From contig CAVYXA010000005.1 of the NCBI GenBank assembly GCA_963772365.1, positions 160,001 through 224,000 on the forward strand: a DNA stretch of 64,000 nt. The letters are read 5' to 3'. A program made the translations under genes and the position numbers. Positions 49,128-59,317 of this stretch are shown here, in pieces. This DNA is from an uncultured Verrucomicrobiae bacterium (GTDB lineage Bacteria > Verrucomicrobiota > Verrucomicrobiia > Chthoniobacterales > UBA10450). Every line of letters starts with the position of its first letter. Position 1 is the first letter of the stretch. The notes under the pieces are model-generated. The model searched no databases. It was not told the DNA's origin and saw only the letters and a program-made list of their open reading frames with translations.

Positions 49128-49908
49128 CTAAGAATTTAGTGATGAGCGTACATCTTTGTCCGATAAATTGCGATACCGAATCGCGGAACCGTTGTTTCGC
49201 TCGAGCACGGCTGCTTCGATGCCTTTGCCGGAAAGCTGTTCCTGTCGATGTTGCGCAATGGCCTTTGCATCGGGCAATTCCTTCGGCCCATCTTTTTGCA
49301 AAGCCATGTGTCCCACGCTCCAGGCATCGAGCGCAGATTCGATGGAGGCTTCAAAAGCGCCGCCCGGAGTGTGTTTTTCTTTCAGGAACGATTCCATCAA
49401 TGCAGCCGACTCACGATTCCCGCTCAACACCGCAAAGTCCTGACGCGCTTCCGCGATTGTGGCGGCATTCGTGGCGATTGAGCCGTCGTAATCGACTCGC
49501 AAAAATAAATCGTCCTCAGGTCGCGCTCCAATTCGGCAAAGAGCAGTCGCGCGAGATACGGCGCGCCATAGACCTGCTCAAACGCGTTCTTCATCGCCGG
49601 GCTGAGCGAATAATGCGACAAGCCGCCGAAGCGAGACATCGGCTGCCGATCGAGTGAAACCTTCCGTGCTGGCCAGCTCGATCGCTGCCATTCGCAACCG
49701 CTCGATATCGCCCGGATGCCCGATCGCCCCCATCGCGATCCGATCGTAAATTTCGAAAATTTTCTGCCGTCGAACCGCCCGAGCGTCAGGAACAAAATCC
49801 CGTCGCGATAACTCACCGCCGCGATCGGACTTCCCGTCGCGAATTGGTCTCGATGTATTCGCGTCGATTCGCGATCGCCTCGACCCAGCGATACGGTTCT
49901 TCGATCAT
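49128..49908 (-). CDS. prcA: 20S proteasome alpha subunit, broken by about 4 frameshifts
   Basis: Stitched frames: MIEEPYRWVEAIANRREY, GSPIAAVSYRDGIL, RQKIFEIYDRIAMGAIGHPGDIERLR, PYLARLLFAEL, RVDYDGS, IEAAVLER. Confidence 0.8.
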
Positions 49909-50730
49909 GGCACTGTTTTTCGAAAGACTGCCGCCGATTTTTTCATCCGGCAGCGTGATGATTCCTTCGCTCGACACAATTTTGACATCGGAAAAATCTT
50001 GCCGCTCCGATCGACCCCGCCGGTGGCCGTGTCGGATTCGGCCGCCGTATCGAGCGCGCGCAACGCGAGCACGATCGCCTCGTCTTCGCTTCAATTTGCT
50101 GCAACGGCTTTTTCCCCACTTGTTTTCGTAGTAGAGAATCCTGCGCACGGCCGGCGATCCCGAGCCGGTCGCCGCGAAATCGGCCACCTCGAATTGCGCG
50201 CCCATAGCGTCGTAGAAATAGAGCCGCGCCTTCCGGCTGGGCATTGGCATCGTAGGTCGCGAAAATCGGCACGACGATCCCGACGCCCTGCATAAGCGAA
50301 GCCGAAATTATCGCGCAGCAATTTCGACAGCGCGCGCACTTTTCCATCCACGACTCATCTCCTGGAACTGGCTGCGCCGGAAAAATTGAAACGAATGCTC
50401 GAGCACGCGCGCCATCTCCCACGCGGTCGCCGGCACGCCCGCGATCGCCATGATCGAATGGCGATCGATTTCGAGCACTTTATCCGCGCGATCGTAAACC
50501 ACCGTATTGCCCGCGGTCGCGCGGCGATCGCCGGCCACCAGCACGCCGCCAGCGAACTTAAACGCGAGAATCGTCGTCGCTTCTGTTGGCGTAAATCCGC
50601 CGCGATTGACCGATCCGTTAGGATCGACAACTGCTGCCGCATCCATCAAACCTTTGCGTCGGAGCAGCGCAGGGAAATCCTCGCCTGTGCCAGAGAAAGT
50701 CTGCTCCGGCGTGACGGAAAACGGTTCCAT
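49905..50730 (-). CDS. prcB: 20S proteasome beta subunit, broken by about 6 frameshifts
   Basis: Propeptide then TTILAFKFAGGVLVAGDRRATAG, DKV, AIAG, ATGSGS, ALDTAAESDTATGG. Confidence 0.82.
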
Positions 50731-50732
50731 CC

Positions 50733-50909
50733 TTATTGACCGGTGCGCTGGCGATAGCGCTTGGATTGATTAGGATCGACCTTGCGCATTTTTTTCAAAA
50801 GCTCTTTCGTATCCGGCCGCGATATATCCGGCGAACGCGGCCCACCTTCATCCCCCTGCTTCGGCTCCCACGGCGCCGGCTCCATTGGCTTTTGAATGCG
50901 ATCTGGCAT
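50733..50909 (-). CDS. ubact: Ubiquitin-like protein UBact (58 aa, absent from the ORF track)
   Basis: Hand translation MPDRIQKPMEPAPWEPKQGDEGGPRSPDISRPDTKELLKKMRKVDPNQSKRYRQRTGQ; ends 2 nt before prcB. Confidence 0.92.
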   Translation of the reverse strand: MPDRIQKPMEPAPWEPKQGDEGGPRSPDISRPDTKELLKKMRKVDPNQSKRYRQRTGQ

Positions 50910-51004
50910 GTCAAAAAATTAAAGCCAATTGTTCGAAAGGCAAGCTGTGCACCCGAGTGCACCGGCGCTTGCCAGAGAAAGATGCCAATGGCAACATTTG
51001 GCGG

Positions 51005-51463
51005 ATGAAGCTTGGCGCGTTATTGGCTACTGCTTTCTTTGGTGGTGCAGCCCTGCTAGGGGGTCAAACATTTGCTCCGAGTCCCGGTAAACAATCCTCT
51101 GAAGCGATGCAGCTTCAATTGTTAACGAAAAAAATCGACGAGCAAAACGCCAAGATCGACATCCTTTCTCAACAAATTCTCAAGCTCGAACAACAGCTCT
51201 CACATACTCGTCCCGGGATGATGATCGGCGAGGCTGAGCCATCTCAATCAAAGTCTGCCTCCACACCAATACCGCGCCCAGCGGGCACAACGACACACAC
51301 GGTGCAGCGGGGCGAGACACTCACTTCCATCAGCAAAATGTACGGAGTTAGTATCACGGAGCTGCAAACGTTTAATCACATCGAGGACCCGCTGAAATTG
51401 CGAGCTGGCCAAACGATTTTTATCCCGCCGTCGCCGACGCCCGCGCCATCGCCCGGCCATTAA
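51005..51463 (+). CDS. LysM domain secreted protein
   Basis: Signal peptide, coiled coil, HTVQRGETLTSISKMYGVS...LRAGQTIFIP. Confidence 0.9.
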   Translation: MKLGALLATAFFGGAALLGGQTFAPSPGKQSSEAMQLQLLTKKIDEQNAKIDILSQQILKLEQQLSHTRPGMMIGEAEPSQSKSASTPIPRPAGTTTHTVQRGETLTSISKMYGVSITELQTFNHIEDPLKLRAGQTIFIPPSPTPAPSPGH

Positions 51464-51499
51464 TTCTTTACATCGACAATCGCTCGTCGGACGTAAACA

Positions 51500-51607
51500 G
51501 TCATCCTGAGCGGGGTGAAGGGACCTCGCCCATAAAGCTTCGGTCGCCTACATCGGAAGCGTGATCTCATCATCCTGTGTGAGCTCCCTCACTTCGTTCG
51601 GGATGAC
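51500..51607. repeat. GTCATCC...GGATGAC palindromic element overlapping the 3' end of the ABC gene
   Basis: gtcatcctgagcggggtgaagggacctc ... gagctccctcacttcgttcgggatgac. Confidence 0.8.
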
Positions 51608-53509
51608 CGCATTAGATGCGCCATCGGACGGACTCGCCGCGGCTAGCAGACTCTGCTGGCACAACCGCGCATATTTTCCTCCGAGCGAGATCAACTCCTC
51701 ATGTTTGCCGCGCTCGATGATCCGGCCGTGATCGAGCACCAGGATTTGATCGGCATGAACGATGGTCGAGAGCCGGTGAGCAATCACGATCGACGTCCGG
51801 TTCGCCATCAAATGCTCGAGCGCTTCCTGGATCAGGCGCTCCGTGGCCGTGTCCACGCTCGCCGTAGCTTCGTCGAGAATTAGTATGGGCGGATCTTTCA
51901 ACAGCGCGCGCGCAATCGAGAGCCGCTGCTTTTCGCCGACGCTTAATTTTACTCCGCGCTCGCCCACGATGCTTTCGAGACCATCCGGCAAACGCTCGAT
52001 GAATTGCCGGGCATTAGCCGCATCGACAGCGCGCCAGAGTTCTTCGTCCGTCGCGCCCGGTTTTCCCATGAGCAGATTTTCCCGAATACTGCCATTGAAC
52101 AGGAAACTCTCCTGCGTCACCACTCCGATCGCTTCCCGCAATTCCCACAGCGCATAATCACGAATTGGCTTTCCGTCGACGCGAATTTCGCCGGTCGTGA
52201 ATTCGTAAAACCGGACCAGCAGATTCACCAGCGTCGATTTTCCCGCGCCGGTCGCGCCCACCAGCGCCGTTGTCGATCCTGGCGGCGAATGGAAGGAAAT
52301 GTTGCGCAGCGCGGGCAAACCGTCCGTATAACTGAAGCTTACGTTTTCATAGCAAATATCGCCAGCGATGCGACTTAGTTCGCACGAAGTGCTTTGGACT
52401 GCGGTGAATCTTCGCACCGCTTTTACAGCGCTGGTCTGCGCACTCTCTTTGTAAAGCGACGCGGGGACGCCCGCCACGGCGGGCAGGCTGTGCGTACTCC
52501 AAAGCTGACGCGAAAAAGAAGGAGCGACGATGTTGGCTTTTTCCTCGAAACCGGGCTCGACCGGTTCGTCGAGAATTTCGAATACGCGCTCGCCCGCCGC
52601 GCGCCCGGCTTGAATAAGCTGGTTCAGCTGATGCAACCGGCTCACCGGATCGTATAGGAACGCCGCCAGCATCAGGAAAGCGACAAGATCGCCCAGCTGC
52701 ATTGCACCATTGAGAACAGCGTATCCGCCGAAGCCGAGCACGAGCAACGCCCCGATCGCTTCAAACAACGACATCGAGGGCGAGTAGATCGCCCAGACTC
52801 GCATCACGACCAGGGTGGCCTGCCGCAATTGATCGCTCACCCGATTGAATCGCGCATGTTCCTCGCGTTCGCGCACGAAGCTTTTGATCTGACGAACGCC
52901 GGACAGATTATCGTGCAACAACGCATTCATCGCCGATGCGGCCCGGCGTTGTAATCGATAACGGCGATGGGCCGTAAGGGTGTAACTGAGTGCGCCAGCG
53001 ATCAGCAATGGAAACGGCACGAGCGCGAGCAATGCCAGTTTGGCGTTGAGATAAAACATCACGCTGATGACGATCACGATTTGCAGAACGGCCACGCTGC
53101 CCTGTTCGATTCCATCGATCAATACTCGTTCGACCGAGTTCACGTCCTCGATCACTCGCGTCATCAGATCGCCCGTAGCGCGATTGTCGAACCACCGGAG
53201 CGGGAGCAGTTGAATGTGGGAATAGAGATCGCTGCGTAGATCAAAAATGACCCGCTGCTCGAAAGTGTTATTGAGAATGATTCGCAGCGAATTGAACGCA
53301 TGCTGCAAAACAAATGCACCGGCCGCGATGAAGATCAGCGGCAGTAGTTTATCGGGCCGATGGGCGCGGATCACATCATCGACAATCCATTTTGTCACGC
53401 CCGGGAAAACGATCACCATCAGCGTGCTGACGATCGCGCAGGTCAATGTCCCCGCTGCTATCCACGGGCAACGTTTCAAATATCGAAAAACGCGCCAGAC
53501 CGTTTTCAT
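51548..53509 (-). CDS. ABC exporter, fused TMD and NBD (MsbA-like)
   Basis: Six-TM domain, GATGAGKS, LSVGEKQR, LDEATAS, IAHR. Confidence 0.95.
   Translation of the reverse strand: MKTVWRVFRYLKRCPWIAAGTLTCAIVSTLMVIVFPGVTKWIVDDVIRAHRPDKLLPLIFIAAGAFVLQHAFNSLRIILNNTFEQRVIFDLRSDLYSHIQLLPLRWFDNRATGDLMTRVIEDVNSVERVLIDGIEQGSVAVLQIVIVISVMFYLNAKLALLALVPFPLLIAGALSYTLTAHRRYRLQRRAASAMNALLHDNLSGVRQIKSFVREREEHARFNRVSDQLRQATLVVMRVWAIYSPSMSLFEAIGALLVLGFGGYAVLNGAMQLGDLVAFLMLAAFLYDPVSRLHQLNQLIQAGRAAGERVFEILDEPVEPGFEEKANIVAPSFSRQLWSTHSLPAVAGVPASLYKESAQTSAVKAVRRFTAVQSTSCELSRIAGDICYENVSFSYTDGLPALRNISFHSPPGSTTALVGATGAGKSTLVNLLVRFYEFTTGEIRVDGKPIRDYALWELREAIGVVTQESFLFNGSIRENLLMGKPGATDEELWRAVDAANARQFIERLPDGLESIVGERGVKLSVGEKQRLSIARALLKDPPILILDEATASVDTATERLIQEALEHLMANRTSIVIAHRLSTIVHADQILVLDHGRIIERGKHEELISLGGKYARLCQQSLLAAASPSDGASNAVIPNEVRELTQDDEITLPM
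52379..52514. repeat. Palindromic element inserted in-frame in the ABC transporter linker
   Basis: gctttggactgcggtg...caccgcttt paired with aaagcgacgcg...tactccaaagc; nested hairpin cccgccacggcggg. Confidence 0.7.
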
Positions 53510-53549
53510 GTGAGGGAAAGCTACCATAAGCGCGGACACTCCGCATTGC

Positions 53550-53573
53550 TGTAGCGTGCGCTGTCTCAGCGCA
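53550..53573 (+). repeat. Single GTAG-type REP
   Basis: tgtagcg-tgcgctg-tct-cagcgca. Confidence 0.5.
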
Positions 53574-53611
53574 TCACGTCCCGAGAGGTAGCTGCAGCGT
53601 GCTTTCAGCGA

Positions 53612-55819
53612 TTAGGGAAGTCCGGTGCCGATCTTGGATTTCAGGAGCGCAATGTCTGCGGAATCGATGAAGCCATTGGCAGTTACATCCGAACGGAAAT
53701 TTGTCTGATTCAATTGCTGACCGATCCGCGCCTTTGTTTGGCTGATGTCGGAAGCGTTCACTGTGCCGTTGCCGGTGGCGTCGCCAATGAGGATCGACAT
53801 GGGGACCACGATATCGGTCGCACCATTCACGCCGTAGAGCGTGACATTTATGGTCTGGGCATTGGTCACATTGGTCAGTGGAATCGTTACGATATTTCCT
53901 GCAATAGTGACGTTTCCGCCGTTGTTGATGCCGTCGCTTCCGATTGTGCCCATTCCTGCTGTGACGGCTGCTTGTGGACTTCCAGTGACTGATACGTTGG
54001 CGTTAAAGGCGAGAACAATGTTGTAATCGCTCGTCGGCCCACCAGCGCGGCATTCAATTCCAGGCGTCCCATTCAATGGAAGAGGGATATCGAATGTGCC
54101 GGCAAAGCCATGTGTCTTTCGTGAAGCGACGTTCTGGAGAATAGGATCTGAAGGTTGCGCACAGTACACTCCCCCGGTGTTGAGGACGTCGATGTCATTT
54201 ACTCCGCCCCAGACAATCATTTGATTGCCAGTCCAGACTGCCGTCGAATGAGTCTGCGCATCCGGTGCGCTTACTGTCGTAGTTGGCATCCAACTATCTG
54301 TGCTCGGAGTATATCTGCCACCAGTGTTGAAGATTGTCACCGTATCGTTGCCCCCCCATACAATCATCTCGCGGCCAGTCCAGACCCCCGTGTGACCGGC
54401 GCGCGGAGAGGGCGCGTTGTTGATGCTAGTAGCGACCCAGCCACCGTTTACAGGATCGTACCTCCCGCCCGTGTTTGTTGCATTGAAGTTCTCATCGACA
54501 CCACCCCAGACGATCATTTCGCTGCCGGTCCAGACTGCCGTGTGGGCGGTTCGGCCGAGTGGAACATTCGCGAGATCTGTGGGCGCCCAATTATCGGTGC
54601 GAGGATCATAGCTCCCGCCAGTATGGAGATAGTTGGTGCGATCGCTTCCACCCCAGACGATCATCTTATCCCCGGTCCAGAGCGCATTATGGAAAAACCG
54701 TGCGGCGGGTGCATTGATCGTGCTGGTAGCCGCCCAGGTGTCGCTGGTGGGGCTATATCTACCGCCCGTGTTAAAAGTGCAGTTCCCACCACATCCGTGC
54801 CCGCCCCACACTATCATTTCGCTCCCAGTCCAGACCGCAGTGTGAGCATTGCGTCCAGTAGGCACGTTGACGGTGCTTGTAGCTATCCAACTGTCGCTGG
54901 CCGGATTATACCTCCCGCCTGTGTTCACATACACGTTATTGCTACCCCCGCCCCAAACAATCAACTCGGTGCCCGTCCACACCGCCGTATGAATCCATCG
55001 GGGGCTGGGAGCATTGGCAGTGCTTGTCGCCATCCAACTGCCAGTAGCTGGGTCGTATCTCGCCCCGGTGTTTAAATGACCAGATACAGTGTTGTCTCCA
55101 CCCCAAATGATCATTTCGCTGCCGGTCCACACTGCGGTGTGTCCCTGGCGCGCATCCGGTGCATTCGCAGTTGTTGTAGGGGTCCAACTGTCGTTGACAC
55201 ACTCTAGAGGAGAGATTTCAGGCAGCTTGTACGCATATTCGTAGGCGGCCGCCCCCGGACTCGCCGTATCCGTTGCTTCTAAAACCGCACGGCTCAGTGA
55301 GCCGTCGCCACCTACTGCGGGATGGCCCAAGGCGCTGAGGAGTCGGCCCGCCAAAGTCGGCCTCGCCAGGCATTCAGCGATGACGAACGGATCATTGTCC
55401 AGCGCCGCAAAAATCTCGCGCAACATACCCGGGCGTTTCGTCTCACGGGCCATTCGCTCGATCTCGTCTTGAAGTTCGATCGTGGTTATTGGCCATCCAC
55501 GTCGATCCCACACAGCCTGAGATTTACGCAGATAATCGCTGACCTTATTTTCGATTTGGCCGCGCGAGACTACCTCATCTAATGGCCGCTTCGGCCCTGG
55601 ATTATCTTTCGGCCAAATCCGGTGACGCCAATAGATTTCTTCTATCGCATACTGGTACGCTACACGTCCCGCGACCGTGAGCATTCTATGGGAAGGGATA
55701 CCCGCCTTGGCGGGTGACGTCGCTCCCAACAGAAACGGAACGCCCACGCAAAGAAGGCAAACGGCTATAGCGTTCCCGTCAAAATGGACGCGTTGTGACC
55801 GGTTTCTAAATGTCTTCAT
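53612..55819 (-). CDS. Secreted kelch-repeat protein with C-terminal dockerin-like domain
   Basis: Seven repeats of HTAVWTGxEMIVWGG...TGGRY; GDATGNGTVNASDI and DVTANGFIDSADI. Confidence 0.9.
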   Translation of the reverse strand: MKTFRNRSQRVHFDGNAIAVCLLCVGVPFLLGATSPAKAGIPSHRMLTVAGRVAYQYAIEEIYWRHRIWPKDNPGPKRPLDEVVSRGQIENKVSDYLRKSQAVWDRRGWPITTIELQDEIERMARETKRPGMLREIFAALDNDPFVIAECLARPTLAGRLLSALGHPAVGGDGSLSRAVLEATDTASPGAAAYEYAYKLPEISPLECVNDSWTPTTTANAPDARQGHTAVWTGSEMIIWGGDNTVSGHLNTGARYDPATGSWMATSTANAPSPRWIHTAVWTGTELIVWGGGSNNVYVNTGGRYNPASDSWIATSTVNVPTGRNAHTAVWTGSEMIVWGGHGCGGNCTFNTGGRYSPTSDTWAATSTINAPAARFFHNALWTGDKMIVWGGSDRTNYLHTGGSYDPRTDNWAPTDLANVPLGRTAHTAVWTGSEMIVWGGVDENFNATNTGGRYDPVNGGWVATSINNAPSPRAGHTGVWTGREMIVWGGNDTVTIFNTGGRYTPSTDSWMPTTTVSAPDAQTHSTAVWTGNQMIVWGGVNDIDVLNTGGVYCAQPSDPILQNVASRKTHGFAGTFDIPLPLNGTPGIECRAGGPTSDYNIVLAFNANVSVTGSPQAAVTAGMGTIGSDGINNGGNVTIAGNIVTIPLTNVTNAQTINVTLYGVNGATDIVVPMSILIGDATGNGTVNASDISQTKARIGQQLNQTNFRSDVTANGFIDSADIALLKSKIGTGLP

Positions 55820-55863
55820 CGCCTTTACCCGTAAAGCGACTTTCCCATTCGATGATATCCGCG

Positions 55864-56930
55864 CTAAGGATTCATGTCATAGATACGATCAAGATAAACG
55901 TATCCGTTAGCGGAATCGTAAGTGACCTGTGGATGCCAGCCCTGACCTGTTGGATACGTAATTGATTCGCTGCGAAAGGTAGTTTCGCTCAGGCCTTGAT
56001 CTGCGTGCAAGAGAGTGTATCGGTTGGGCGCCGAGCTAAAGTCGCCTGTCATTGTTACCATCAACCGGCCCTCCAACAGTGCTTGCCTCGTGACTTCGAC
56101 ATTATCCGCGCCGCTTGGTGAAACATTGCATACCGTAGTGGCAGTGGGGTCGAGTTGGAGCTTACTGTCGATCGTAAGTGTGCCTCCTTTCGGCTCGATC
56201 GTCCCCTTGACGAAGGTTAGGGGGATAAAGCTGCCGTCACTCGTGCCTTGAAGAGTTCCGTTGCCAGTCACCGTGCCTGAAGGCCCCACCCAAATCCAGA
56301 GGGCAGCACTCCCCACTCGATAAACCGTCACGACAGCCCCGTTGGTAATGCTTAACAGCGCCGGCCCCCCGTCCGCAGGTGGTTGAAATGTCCCGCTAAT
56401 ATTAAGCAGGCCCTTGACCGACCAAGTAGAGGGTGTGCCGTCCGTTGGGCTTACGCCATCCACCCTTACTGTTCCATGGGAGTGTGCCACGACCCACCGG
56501 GATATTCGGCGACGAATGACGTTCCGCTGGTGACCTTTCCCCCATTGGTGATAGTCAGGGTACCTTTGCCGTACATGCCGACAAAAATATTTTCTATATC
56601 GGGTTGGTCAGGGTCGCCAATGGTGACGGCTCCGCCATTCGTACCATCCACCGACAAGCTGCCGGAATCCGGCGTATCTGCGCCAAGCGTCAACCGCTGA
56701 GCAGAAGCGTTTGCATTATTATTTATCTGTGCGGTACCACGGTTATTAATACAGGCTAGAGATGTATACGTGGGGCAACCGTTAGACCAATTGTTGACGC
56801 AATCAAACCAATCACCTATGCCAGCGGTCCAACTTGTGGAGCAGGTTTGCGCCAGTACAGGCGAGCACGCAAACGCGAATATTAGAAGCAGGCAGATTAG
56901 AACTGATTGTGATTTGAGATTTGTTTTCAT
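55864..56930 (-). CDS. Secreted autotransporter-passenger-like beta-repeat protein, frameshifted near 56490
   Basis: Signal peptide, GDWF..NNWSNG, VGMYGKGTLTITNGGKV; continues in the other frame as HGTVRVDG...GTVTGNG. Confidence 0.65.
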
Positions 56931-57136
56931 GATTTCTCCTTGAGGGGTTAAGGTTTTCTTCGATTTTCCTTTTAACGCAAAAAAAAAAATGAGTCAAGCT
57001 TTTATTTGTGCGTTTTTTGATGGATGGCGACTTGGCAGTTGCGGCATTGATTGCGCAGTTATTTCCTCGACGCGTTTGACTCGCGCGGCGCATTCTGGGA
57101 AAAACGGCAATAACCAGCGAAGAAAGGAAACGACTT

Positions 57137-57790
57137 ATGAAAATCGGCGAGATAGCACCAGATTTCGAAGCAGAAACAACGCAGGGCCGGATACGATTTC
57201 ACGATTGGCTTGGCGATTCGTGGGCCGTCCTGTTTTCGCATCCGAAGGATTTCACTCCGGTTTGCACGACCGAACTGGGTTACATGGCCAGGATCAAACC
57301 CGAGTTCGACAAGCGAAAGGTGAAGGTGATCGGGCTATCGGTCGATTCGACGGGCGATCACGAAGGTTGGGCAAAAGACATCAAAGAAACTCAGGGTCAC
57401 GCGCCAAATTATCCCATCATCGGCGATGCCGATTTCAAGGTGTCGAAGTTATACGGAATGTTGCCGGCCGGTGTGGAAGGTGATCCGAAGAAGCGAACGC
57501 CGGCTGACAACGCGACTGTGCGCAATGTCTACGTGGTTGGCCCCGACAAGAAGATCAAACTAGTCCTGGTTTATCCGATGACGACCGGTCGGAATTTCGA
57601 TGAAGTGCTGCGCGTAATCGATTCGCTGCAGCTGACCGCGAAACATCAAGTGGCGACGCCGGTCAATTGGAAACCGGGCGATGATGTGATCATCTCCGGA
57701 TCGGTTTCTGACGAGGAAGCCAAGAAACGTTACCCGGAAGGTTGGAAAGCGCCGCGGCCGTACATTCGTATCGTCCCACAACCGCAGTAA
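57137..57790 (+). CDS. 1-Cys peroxiredoxin (Prx6)
   Basis: FSHPKDFTPVCTTELG, YPMTTGRNFDEVLR, TPVNW. Confidence 0.96.
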   Translation: MKIGEIAPDFEAETTQGRIRFHDWLGDSWAVLFSHPKDFTPVCTTELGYMARIKPEFDKRKVKVIGLSVDSTGDHEGWAKDIKETQGHAPNYPIIGDADFKVSKLYGMLPAGVEGDPKKRTPADNATVRNVYVVGPDKKIKLVLVYPMTTGRNFDEVLRVIDSLQLTAKHQVATPVNWKPGDDVIISGSVSDEEAKKRYPEGWKAPRPYIRIVPQPQ

Positions 57791-57799
57791 TCGTGCATT

Positions 57800-57927
57800 G
57801 GTGGAACGCGACCTTTGGGGCGCGTTGGTGATATAATTGCGGCGTGCGGCCAGGCTTGCGCCTGCGGCGTTTGGGTCTTTAGCATCGGTCCGAGCCGGAC
57901 TGGCACATTCGGAGAAGCCGATCCACC
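57800..57927. repeat. GGTGGA...TCCACC palindromic element, copy 2
   Basis: Same ends and internal gcgcctgcggcg as 284-389. Confidence 0.7.
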
Positions 57928-57942
57928 TTTTCGCCTCACGAG

Positions 57943-58407
57943 TCAGTGATCGGTCTGTCGCTTGTAGACGATGTCTTCCTTATTGAAGAGCTGGGGGTCC
58001 TTCAGGTGTGCGCGTATGATTTTCTGTAGATCGGATGTCGTGCGCAGCGAATCAGGAACCACGTCTTTGTTGATCGCACGCACCCGGACGCGGTCCGGTT
58101 CCTCAAATCGATAATCGATGAAGGCAAACTTGCGCGCATAGGTTCCGCCTGAATCCAGATTTTGCACGCTTAGAAAATTCAGACCGCCGAAATCAGAGTG
58201 AAAGACACGGTAAACTTGCGTGCCGTCGATGAGAACGAAATTCGAGTCGTCGAATTTTCGGATTTGGATCTGGCTCGGTTTTTCCTCGACCGAAACCCAG
58301 TCGCCGATGAGCCGTTCGTCGATCTTGCGCGTTGGTGATTCAGTGAGCGGCGCTTCGTAGATGCAGGACGCAAGCAGTAAGCAGAGGAACAGCGGAAAGA
58401 TGCGCAT
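57943..58407 (-). CDS. Hypothetical lipoprotein
   Basis: Lipobox LLASC; DERLIGDW. Confidence 0.8.
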   Translation of the reverse strand: MRIFPLFLCLLLASCIYEAPLTESPTRKIDERLIGDWVSVEEKPSQIQIRKFDDSNFVLIDGTQVYRVFHSDFGGLNFLSVQNLDSGGTYARKFAFIDYRFEEPDRVRVRAINKDVVPDSLRTTSDLQKIIRAHLKDPQLFNKEDIVYKRQTDH

Positions 58408-58410
58408 GGG

Positions 58411-59307
58411 TCAAACGTGATCGCCGCGATGTTTATGCCGGTTCTTGAAGGTTAACTCTGCGATGCCGGACTTGTCGAGTTTGCCAAGGCCTCCGGCAAC
58501 CATTGCATCGTATTGTTCTTTCGTCGCACGCGCGAGCGGCAGGTCGAGGCCAAGGTCTTTTGCCAGCTGCAACGCGATGCCGCTGTCCTTCGCGGCATGC
58601 GCGGCGGAAAAGAAGCAACTGTGTTCCCGGTTTTGCATGTCCTCTCCATCGGTTTCGAGTACTCGTGAATTGGCGCCGGTTTGAGAAAAAACTTCGCGTA
58701 ACATTTTCAAATCGAGCCCGAGCGCGTCGCCGAGCCCCAGTCCTTCGGCCAGACCGGCGGTGTTGATGTTCATCACCATATTGACCAACGCTTTGACCTT
58801 TGCCGCTTCACCGGCTTTGCCGATGAATCGAATTGTCGATCCTAATTCCTTCAGAATCGGCTCCGCTGTGCGAAACGCTTCCTCGCGTCCACTGCACATC
58901 AGGTAAAGTTTGCCTTCGCGCGCCTGCGTAATGCTCGATGCCATACACGCTTCCAGAGTTTGCGCACCGGCCTTTTCGGCGAGTTTCTCAACATCGACAT
59001 GGACCTGCGGTGTGATTGTCGCGCAGTTGATGAATAATTTTCCGCGCGCGTTGATCAACAGGTTGTCACCAGACCGCGAAAATATTTCGCGCATCGCATT
59101 ATCATCGGAGACGACAGTGATGATCACATCTGATTCCGCGGTTACTTCCGACAAATCCTGCGCGGCTGCGCAACCAAGTTCTGCCGCGCGATCGGTCGCC
59201 GCTTTCCGATTCGAATCGTAAACCGCGGTGACATGAACCTGTCGATCCTTCAATCGACGGGCCATGTTTGCGCCCATTCGGCCAATACCTACAAAGCCAA
59301 TGTTCAT
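58411..59307 (-). CDS. 3-hydroxyisobutyrate dehydrogenase family NAD(P)-dependent oxidoreductase
   Basis: GFVGIGRMGANMA Rossmann motif; KALVN catalytic Lys. Confidence 0.92.
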   Translation of the reverse strand: MNIGFVGIGRMGANMARRLKDRQVHVTAVYDSNRKAATDRAAELGCAAAQDLSEVTAESDVIITVVSDDNAMREIFSRSGDNLLINARGKLFINCATITPQVHVDVEKLAEKAGAQTLEACMASSITQAREGKLYLMCSGREEAFRTAEPILKELGSTIRFIGKAGEAAKVKALVNMVMNINTAGLAEGLGLGDALGLDLKMLREVFSQTGANSRVLETDGEDMQNREHSCFFSAAHAAKDSGIALQLAKDLGLDLPLARATKEQYDAMVAGGLGKLDKSGIAELTFKNRHKHRGDHV

Positions 59308-59317
59308 GAGATTCTAA

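Noticed and set aside
50885..51004. N-terminal extension of the LysM ORF
   Set aside because: Overlaps the UBact start; the signal peptide begins at ATG 51005.
54170..55190. Regularly spaced DNA repeats as a CRISPR array
   Set aside because: They are codon-degenerate kelch repeats within one ORF; no cas genes.
56931..57136. AT-rich gap with a poly-A run as ncRNA or origin
   Set aside because: Consistent with a divergent promoter region; no DnaA-box cluster or recognisable RNA structure.
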